Virus record (IMG/VR): IMGVR_UViG_2711768068_000009
Direction: 5' to 3' (one strand)
DNA: 5,217 bases
From: a virus
Taxonomy: Duplodnaviria > Heunggongvirae > Uroviricota > Caudoviricetes
The notes below the pieces were generated by a model. The model worked only from the letters and a program-made list of their open reading frames with translations, ran no database searches and was not told the origin of the DNA. A program made the translations under genes and the position numbers. Shown one piece after another: positions 1 to 5,217 of the stretch (positions are counted from its first letter, which is position 1; each line of letters opens with the position of its first letter).

Positions 1-2
1 AT

Positions 3-593
3 AACGCCTATCGTTTCTGGCGTCGTTGCCGGAGTGACGGACTGGGCAACAGGGTGTTTCTGTTCAAGGGGGATGGACTTCGCCGTGACAGGCTGATTAA
101 CCGAACCTTCCCGGATAATACCGGCAGAAGTGCCCGCCGTGCCAGAGCCAGTGGCGATGTCGCGCTGTGGCTGGTTCAGACGGATGCGTTTAAGGATCGT
201 GTAAATAATGCCCTGTGGCGTGACACACCAGGGCCGAACTATATCCACTTTCCCGACTGGCTGGGGCGGTGGTTTTACGATGAGCTGACCTATGAAGAGC
301 GCGGCAGTGACGGAAAATGGCGAAAACCGGGCAGGGGCGCTAACGAAGCGTTTGACCTGCTGGTTTATGCGGATGCGCTTGCCGTTCTGCATGGTTACGA
401 AAAGATCCGCTGGCCCTCCGCACCGGACTGGGCACAGCGGGAAACGTGGCTCGTCTTCCCGCAGGAGCGTTCTGGTGAAACGGTATCCCCGGAACTGACG
501 GCCGGGGCAGAAAAACGCCGTCGCCGGAAGAAAAAACTGTGGACGGAGCGTGCGGAAGATAATCCATGGATAACATCAGGAGGCTGGTTGTGA
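3..593 (+). CDS. Terminase large subunit (lambda gpA-like), C-terminal part; 5' end lies outside the window
   Basis: Reading frame is open from the window edge (codons from nt 3) to TGA at 591-593. It sits immediately upstream of a gpW-like gene and a lambda-family portal gene, the conserved lambda order A-W-B. Its stop overlaps the next start (GTGA). The family call rests on synteny, not on a recognised motif. Confidence 0.55.
   Translation, partial: NAYRFWRRCRSDGLGNRVFLFKGDGLRRDRLINRTFPDNTGRSARRARASGDVALWLVQTDAFKDRVNNALWRDTPGPNYIHFPDWLGRWFYDELTYEERGSDGKWRKPGRGANEAFDLLVYADALAVLHGYEKIRWPSAPDWAQRETWLVFPQERSGETVSPELTAGAEKRRRRKKKLWTERAEDNPWITSGGWL
578..583 (+). promoter_or_regulatory. Shine-Dalgarno AGGAGG for the gpW-like gene
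   Basis: AGGAGG lies 6 nt upstream of GTG 590, which overlaps the terminase stop codon. Confidence 0.5.
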
Positions 594-802
594 TCACAGA
601 AGAAGCCAGAGAAATGATACAGCGGTACCGTGAAGCGGAAATGGCCGTACTGGAGGGAAAGTCTGTCACCTTCAACGGGCAGCAACTGACGCTGGAAAGC
701 CTTTCTCAGATCCGCGCCGGACGTCAGGAGTGGGAACGCAGGCTTGCCGCGATGGTGAGCCGCAGGCGGGGAAAACCGGGATTTAAACTGGCGAGGTTTT
801 AA
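590..802 (+). CDS. Head-tail joining / head completion protein, lambda gpW family (about 70 aa)
   Basis: The product resembles lambda gpW as I recall it: an L-x-G-K-x-V segment and a C-terminal RRRGKPGF (lambda has RRRGPAGF), at similar length. Preferred start is GTG 590-592, preceded by AGGAGG at 578-583 (6-nt spacer) and overlapping the terminase stop. The ORF track's ATG 566 is an in-frame alternative with a weaker ribosome-binding site. Stop TAA 800-802 overlaps the portal ATG. Confidence 0.7.
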   Translation: MITEEAREMIQRYREAEMAVLEGKSVTFNGQQLTLESLSQIRAGRQEWERRLAAMVSRRRGKPGFKLARF

Positions 803-2949
803 TGGCAATTATTGATGATGTGATCGGCGTGTTTTCCCCCGGGTGGAAAGCAGCCAGACTGCGTTCAAGGGCGTTAATCATGGCCTATGAGGCGGTGAAA
901 CCGACCCGGACACATAAAGCCCGGCGGGAAAATCGCTCTGCTGATCAGCTCAGTAAATACGGTGCGGTTTCCCTGCGGGAGCAGGCCCGTTTTCTGGATA
1001 TCAATCATGACCTGGTGATTGGTGTGTTTGACAAGCTGGAAGAGCGGGTGATTGGTGCCAGGGGAATTATTGTGGAGCCTCAGCCATTACGAAAAAACGG
1101 GGAAATGGCGGCTGAGCTGGCTGCGGATATCCGCCGTTTGTGGGCTGAATGGTCCGTGAGTCCGGATGTGACAGGGCAGTATACCCGTCCTGTGCTTGAA
1201 CGTTTACTGCTGCGGACCTGGCTGCGGGATGGTGAAGTGTTTGCGCAGATGGTCAGTGGTGCGGGAAACGGTCTGGAACGGACGGCAGGAGTGCCATTCT
1301 GGCTTGAGGCGATGGAGCCGGATTTTGTTCCCATGCGCACTGATGAATCCGCCGGACTGAATCAGGGGGTTTTTCTTGATGAGTGGGGAAGACCGAAAAA
1401 ATATCTGGTTTATAAAAATTATCCGGTCAGCGGCCGGCAGAGTGATACGAAAGAAATCGCTGCCGGAAAAATGATCCACCTGAAGTTCACTCGTCGTCTG
1501 CATCAGACGCGAGGCTCATCCATGTTATCGGGGGTGCTGATGCGGATCAGTGCCCTTAAGGAGTATGAGGATGCGGAACTGACAGCGGCGCGTATTGCTG
1601 CGGCGCTGGGACTGTATATCCGTAAAGGTGACGGACAGGACTATGAAGATCCGGGGAGCAAAGAGACCGAGCGGGAAGTCCATATCACCCCGGGTATTAT
1701 TTATGACGATTTGCGCAAGGGCGAGGATATCGGCATGGTCAAATCTGACCGTCCCAATCCCAACCTTGAAACTTTCCGCAACGGCCAGTTGCGTGCAGTG
1801 GCAGCAGGCAGTCGTCTGAGTTTTTCCAGTGCGGCGCGTAACTATAACGGCACCTACAGCGCCCAGCGGCAGGAGTTGGTCGAGTCCACGGATGGTTACC
1901 TGATCCTGCAGGACTGTTTTATTGGCGCGGTAACCCGCCCGGTGTACCGGACATGGCTGAATATGGTGGTTGCGGCAGGTCTGCTGAAAATTCCGGCGGA
2001 TTCATCAGTGCGCATGGGAACAAAATCCGGCTCCATCGCCTCAAGCCAGAATGGCACTCCAGGAGTGCCATTCTGGCTTGAGGCGATGGAGCCGGATTTT
2101 GTTCCCATGCGCACTGATGAATCCGCCGGACTGAATCAGGGGGTTTTTCTTGATGAGTGGGGAAGACCGAAAAAATATCTGGTTTATAAAAATTATCCGG
2201 TCAGCGGCCGGCAGAGTGATACGAAAGAAATCGCTGCCGGAAAAATGATCCACCTGAAGTTCACTCGTCGTCTGCATCAGACGCGAGGCTCATCCATGTT
2301 ATCAGGGGTGCTGATGCGGATCAGTGCCCTTAAGGAGTATGAGGATGCGGAACTGACTGCGGCGCGTATTGCTGCGGCGCTGGGACTGTATATCCGTAAA
2401 GGTGACGGGCAGGACTATGAAGATCCGGGGATCAAAGAAACCGAGCGGGAAGTCAATATCACCCCGGGTATTATTTATGACGATTTGCGCAAGGGCGAGG
2501 ATATCGGCATGGTCAAATCTGACCGTCCCAATCCCAACCTTGAAACTTTCCGCAACGGCCAGTTGCGTGCAGTGGCAGCAGGCAGTCGTCTGAGTTTTTC
2601 CAGTGCGGCGCGTAACTATAACGGCACCTACAGCGCCCAGCGGCAGGAGTTGGTCGAGTCCACGGATGGTTACCTGATCCTGCAGGACTGTTTTATTGGC
2701 GCGGTAACCCGCCCGGTGTACCGGACATGGCTGAATATGGTGGTTGCGGCAGGTCTGCTGAAAATTCCGGCGGATGTGGAGATGAAAACGCTATATAACG
2801 CGACGTATTCCGGTCCGGTGATGCCGTGGATCGACCCGGTTAAGGAAGCTGAAGCCTGGAGAATTCAGATCCGGGGTGGTGCAGCGACAGAATCTGACTG
2901 GGTGCGTGCCGGCGGGCGCAATCCGGATGAGGTCAAACGTACAGAGTGA
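802..2949 (+). CDS. Portal protein, lambda gpB family, aberrant: 715-aa ORF with an internal in-frame 258-codon duplication and a truncated C-terminus
   Basis: ATG 802 follows GAGG at 793-796. The N-terminal region and core show lambda gpB-like segments (RENRSADQLSKYGA...HDLVIGVF; MIHLKFTRRLHQTRG). Residues encoded by 1287..2001 are repeated at 2061..2775, joined by a 20-aa linker encoded by an inverted segment. The ORF ends at TGA 2947-2949, created by the second duplication junction, and lacks the native last 45 residues. Confidence 0.75.
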   Translation: MAIIDDVIGVFSPGWKAARLRSRALIMAYEAVKPTRTHKARRENRSADQLSKYGAVSLREQARFLDINHDLVIGVFDKLEERVIGARGIIVEPQPLRKNGEMAAELAADIRRLWAEWSVSPDVTGQYTRPVLERLLLRTWLRDGEVFAQMVSGAGNGLERTAGVPFWLEAMEPDFVPMRTDESAGLNQGVFLDEWGRPKKYLVYKNYPVSGRQSDTKEIAAGKMIHLKFTRRLHQTRGSSMLSGVLMRISALKEYEDAELTAARIAAALGLYIRKGDGQDYEDPGSKETEREVHITPGIIYDDLRKGEDIGMVKSDRPNPNLETFRNGQLRAVAAGSRLSFSSAARNYNGTYSAQRQELVESTDGYLILQDCFIGAVTRPVYRTWLNMVVAAGLLKIPADSSVRMGTKSGSIASSQNGTPGVPFWLEAMEPDFVPMRTDESAGLNQGVFLDEWGRPKKYLVYKNYPVSGRQSDTKEIAAGKMIHLKFTRRLHQTRGSSMLSGVLMRISALKEYEDAELTAARIAAALGLYIRKGDGQDYEDPGIKETEREVNITPGIIYDDLRKGEDIGMVKSDRPNPNLETFRNGQLRAVAAGSRLSFSSAARNYNGTYSAQRQELVESTDGYLILQDCFIGAVTRPVYRTWLNMVVAAGLLKIPADVEMKTLYNATYSGPVMPWIDPVKEAEAWRIQIRGGAATESDWVRAGGRNPDEVKRTE
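1287..2001. repeat. Direct repeat A, copy 1 (715 bp, portal core)
   Basis: Matches 2061..2775 at a 774-bp offset with 6 mismatches (1530, 1584, 1635, 1658, 1665, 1681), compared by eye. Confidence 0.9.
1992..2130. repeat. Perfect inverted repeat / palindrome, 69-bp arms (1992..2060 and 2062..2130) around a single central base at 2061
   Basis: 1992..2060 is the exact reverse complement of 2062..2130, checked base by base; symmetry breaks at 1991/2131. The left arm is an inverted copy of the start of repeat A. Confidence 0.9.
2061..2775. repeat. Direct repeat A, copy 2 (715 bp, portal core)
   Basis: Near-identical to 1287..2001. The match to the downstream copy continues to 2940. Confidence 0.9.
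2212..2940. repeat. Direct repeat B, copy 1 (729 bp, portal core plus C-terminal region)
   Basis: Matches 2942..3670 at a 730-bp offset with about 8 mismatches. A single unmatched A at 2941 separates the copies. Confidence 0.9.
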
Positions 2950-3670
2950 TACGAAAGAAATCGCTGCCGGAAAAATGATCCACCTGAAGTTCACTCGTCG
3001 TCTGCATCAGACGCGAGGCTCATCCATGTTATCGGGGGTGCTGATGCGGATCAGTGCCCTTAAGGAGTATGAGGATGCGGAACTGACTGCGGCGCGTATT
3101 GCTGCGGCGCTGGGACTGTATATCCGTAAAGGTGACGGACAGGACTATGAAGATCCGGGGAGCAAAGAGACCGAGCGGGAAGTCCATATCACCCCGGGTA
3201 TTATTTATGACGATTTGCGCAAGGGCGAGGATATCGGCATGGTCAAATCTGACCGTCCCAATCCCAACCTTGAAACTTTCCGCAACGGCCAGTTGCGTGC
3301 AGTGGCAGCTGGCAGTCGTCTGAGTTTTTCCAGTGCGGCGCGTAACTATAACGGCACCTACAGCGCCCAGAGGCAGGAGCTGGTCGAGTCCACGGATGGT
3401 TACCTGATCCTGCAGGACTGTTTTATTGGCGCGGTAACCCGCCCGGTGTACCGGACATGGCTGAATATGGTGGTTGCGGCAGGTCTGCTGAAAATTCCGG
3501 CGGATGTGGAGATGAAAACGCTATATAACGCGACGTATTCCGGTCCGGTGATGCCGTGGATCGACCCGGTTAAGGAAGCTGAAGCCTGGAGAATTCAGAT
3601 CCGGGGTGGTGCAGCGACAGAATCTGACTGGGTGCGTGCCGGCGGGCGCAATCCGGATGAGGTCAAACGT
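2942..3670. repeat. Direct repeat B, copy 2 (729 bp)
   Basis: Near-identical to 2212..2940. The 730-bp period is not a multiple of 3, so it shifts the frame. Confidence 0.9.
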
Positions 3671-3740
3671 CGCCGCAAGGCTGAAATTGATGAAAACAGC
3701 AGACTGGGGCTGGTCTTTGATACTGACCCCGTCAACGACA

Positions 3741-3747
3741 AAGGAGG
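3741..3747 (+). promoter_or_regulatory. Shine-Dalgarno AAGGAGG for the prohead protease gene
   Basis: AAGGAGG lies 5 nt upstream of in-frame GTG 3753, inside the 3' end of the portal reading frame. Confidence 0.5.
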
Positions 3748-3752
3748 CAACA

Positions 3753-5217
3753 GTGCCGGAACTGAACAACAGCGTCAGCAGGCCACCGACAGCCAGCATG
3801 AAGAATAAATCCTGGTTCAGGATGCAGGCGGGGGGGCAGGGTGAGGCGGATATTTATATTTATGACGAGATTGGTTTCTGGGGCGTCACCGCGAAGCAGT
3901 TTGTCAGCGATATGAATGCCCTGGGTGATATCACCCACATTAATCTCCACATCAACTCACCGGGTGGCGATGTTTTTGAAGGCATCGCCATTTTTAATGC
4001 CCTGAAAAATCACGGTGCGGCCATTACCGTGTATGTGGATGGCGTTGCCGCCTCGATGGCATCCCTGATTGCGATGGCCGGTGACACGGTCATTATGCCG
4101 GAAAATGCCTTCATGATGATCCATAAACCCTGGGGGATCAGCGGTGGTGATGCGGAGAAAATGCGCACTTATGCCGAACGTCTGGACAAACTTGAGTCGG
4201 TTATGGTGCCGGTATATGCGCAGAAAACCGGAAAAACTACCGATGAAATTGCCGCCATGCTGGAGGATGAGACCTGGATGTCCGGTGCCGAGTGTCTGGC
4301 ACACGGATTTGCAGACCAGGTGACGCCAGCCGTTAAGGCAATGGCATGTATTCAGTCAAAACGTACAGAGGAATTTAAAAAGATGCCGGAATCCATCCGA
4401 AATATGATCACGCAGCCACACAACTGTGCCCCGCATGATACCACAGTGACAATCCCTGCACCGACGGTAACAGAACCATCACCGGTACCGGCAGTGTCTG
4501 AGGAGGTGACCATTCGTGCCCGCGTTATGGCAGAACAGAAAGCCCGCATGTCAGGCATTAACGATCTGTTTGCCATGTTCGGCGGTCGCTATCAGACGCT
4601 TCAGGCACAGTGCGTGGCTGATCCTGACTGTTCGCTGGAAATGGCCCGCGAGCGCCTGCTGAATGAAATGGGTAAGGAATCTTCACCGACCAACAAAAAC
4701 ACACCGGCCCATATTTATGCCGGAAACGGCAATTTTGTGGGGGACGGGATCCGCCAGGCGATGCTGGCCCGTGCCGGATTTGAAAATGTCGAGAAGGATA
4801 ACGCCTATAACGGGATGACCCTGCGTGAATGGGCTCGCATGTCACTGACGGAGCGCGGTATTGGGGTGGCCAGTTATAACCCCATGCAGATGGTCGGGCT
4901 GGCGCTGACGCACAGCACCTCTGATTTTGGCAATATCCTGCTGGATGTGTCGAACAAGGGGCTGATCCAGGGCTGGGAGGAATCAGAAGAAACCTTCCAG
5001 AAGTGGACCCGTAAGGGCCGCCTGTCAGACTTCAAAACAGCGTATCGCGTGGGGATGGGCGGTTTTGGTTCTCTGCGTCAGGTTCGTGAGGGGGCGGAGT
5101 ATAAATACATCACCACCTCAGATCGCAAGGAGACCATTGCGCTGGCCACTTACGGGGAGATTTTCTCCATCACCCGCCAGGCCATTATCAATGATGATCT
5201 GAATATGCTGGTGGACG
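3753..5217 (+). CDS. ClpP-type (peptidase S14-like) prohead maturation protease continuous with a scaffold/major-capsid-like C-terminal region; 3' end lies outside the window
   Basis: One open frame runs from 3552 to the window end with no stop. ClpP-like motifs are present: INSPGGDVF, GVAASMAS (candidate catalytic Ser codon 4053-4055) and MMIHKPWG (candidate His codon 4122-4124). Preferred start is GTG 3753, 5 nt downstream of AAGGAGG (3741-3747); in-frame ATGs at 3798 and 3822 are alternatives. The capsid-like assignment of the part after about 4330 is inference from position and architecture. Confidence 0.75.
   Translation, partial: MPELNNSVSRPPTASMKNKSWFRMQAGGQGEADIYIYDEIGFWGVTAKQFVSDMNALGDITHINLHINSPGGDVFEGIAIFNALKNHGAAITVYVDGVAASMASLIAMAGDTVIMPENAFMMIHKPWGISGGDAEKMRTYAERLDKLESVMVPVYAQKTGKTTDEIAAMLEDETWMSGAECLAHGFADQVTPAVKAMACIQSKRTEEFKKMPESIRNMITQPHNCAPHDTTVTIPAPTVTEPSPVPAVSEEVTIRARVMAEQKARMSGINDLFAMFGGRYQTLQAQCVADPDCSLEMARERLLNEMGKESSPTNKNTPAHIYAGNGNFVGDGIRQAMLARAGFENVEKDNAYNGMTLREWARMSLTERGIGVASYNPMQMVGLALTHSTSDFGNILLDVSNKGLIQGWEESEETFQKWTRKGRLSDFKTAYRVGMGGFGSLRQVREGAEYKYITTSDRKETIALATYGEIFSITRQAIINDDLNMLVD

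Larger units (their letters stand above)
2942..3808 (+). pseudogene. Portal protein 3' fragment (third repeat copy) carrying the native C-terminus; not an independent gene
   Basis: 2942..3670 is a near-identical direct copy of 2212..2940 but in the +1 frame relative to the 802 ORF. It continues to the native stop TAA 3806-3808 (C-terminus ...KRRRKAEIDENSRLGLVFDTDPVNDKGGNSAGTEQQRQQATDSQHEE). The first 22 residues of track ORF 2876..3808 are an out-of-frame reading of copy 2. Confidence 0.7.

Noticed and set aside
528-540. A-runs (A6 at 531-536; also 1396-1401 and its repeat copies) as programmed frameshift sites
   Set aside because: There is no downstream alternative-frame ORF of meaningful length and no slippery heptamer plus structure context. 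The run in the terminase encodes a basic RRRRKKK stretch.
1999-2061. Insertion sequence or transposon disrupting the portal gene
   Set aside because: The inserted material is entirely portal-derived (inverted and direct copies); there is no transposase ORF and no foreign terminal inverted repeats or target-site duplication.
2876-2941. N-terminus of track ORF 2876..3808 (MVQRQNLTGCVPAGAIRMRSNV) as a genuine start for a second portal-like gene
   Set aside because: These codons are the +1-frame reading of the C-terminal region of repeat copy 2. Portal homology in this frame begins only at 2942, with no ribosome-binding site, so it is a fragment and not a gene.
292-3323. Small + strand alternative-frame ORFs (292..498, 1595..1819, 2369..2593, 3099..3323)
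   Set aside because: They are out-of-frame overlaps within the terminase and portal coding regions. The three MLRRWDCISVKVT... ORFs are the same frame-shadow repeated in each portal copy.
1287-3670. Diversity-generating retroelement (template/variable repeat pairs) as an explanation for the near-identical repeats
   Set aside because: Substitutions between copies are not adenine-specific (g to a, a to t, a to g, g to t, c to a and t to c all occur), most are synonymous, and there is no reverse-transcriptase ORF in the window.
1287-3670. CRISPR array or other short-period repeat array
   Set aside because: Repeat units are 715-729 bp, protein-coding and contiguous, with no short repeats or spacers.
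4501-4529. Internal AGGAGG (4501-4506) inside the protease-capsid ORF as a lambda Nu3-like nested internal start
   Set aside because: The nearest in-frame ATG (4527) is 20 nt downstream, too far for a canonical Shine-Dalgarno spacing. The hexamer simply encodes Glu-Glu. Not supportable from sequence alone.
340-4845. Minus-strand ORFs from the six-frame track (340..675, 395..808, 1080..1340, 1204..1503, 1896..2114, 2041..2277, 2791..2994, 3521..3799, 3732..3950, 3957..4304, 4352..4576, 4558..4845)
   Set aside because: All lie antisense within well-supported + strand genes, have low-complexity or Arg/Ser/Pro-rich translations with no recognisable motifs, and several are duplicated only because the underlying DNA is duplicated (for example the two MRMGTKSGS... 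and two MQTTSELQVD... ORFs).
1-5217. A novel defence or accessory system somewhere in the window
   Set aside because: Every substantial ORF is accounted for by the canonical terminase / gpW / portal / protease-capsid head module. There are no intergenic gaps, no unexplained ORFs and no nuclease, ATPase, toxin-like or reverse-transcriptase motifs.

Overview
This window is the head-morphogenesis (late) module of a lambda-like tailed phage or prophage, probably enterobacterial (roughly 55% GC by eye). All genes are on the + strand and tightly packed with overlapping stop/start codons: the 3' end of a large terminase subunit gene (3..593), a gpW-family head-tail joining protein (590..802), a lambda-family portal gene (from 802), and a ClpP-type prohead protease in one ORF with a downstream scaffold/capsid-like domain (3753 to window end). 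The one striking feature is structural. The portal gene carries two tandem duplications (774 bp in-frame, 730 bp out-of-frame; 1504 extra bp), and the first junction is a perfect 139-bp palindrome. This gives an aberrant 715-aa portal ORF plus an orphaned native 3' end; deleting 2002..3505 in silico restores a single 500-aa portal. The copies differ at 9 sites, 7 of them synonymous, so they look like diverged paralogous alleles. I judge a chimeric or collapsed assembly of paralogous prophage portal genes (or inter-prophage recombination) more likely than a functional novelty. I found no CRISPR array, tRNA/rRNA, transposase or recognisable defence system, and I do not claim a new biological system here. 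All protein-family calls are from my own recall of motifs and gene order; no database search was run.
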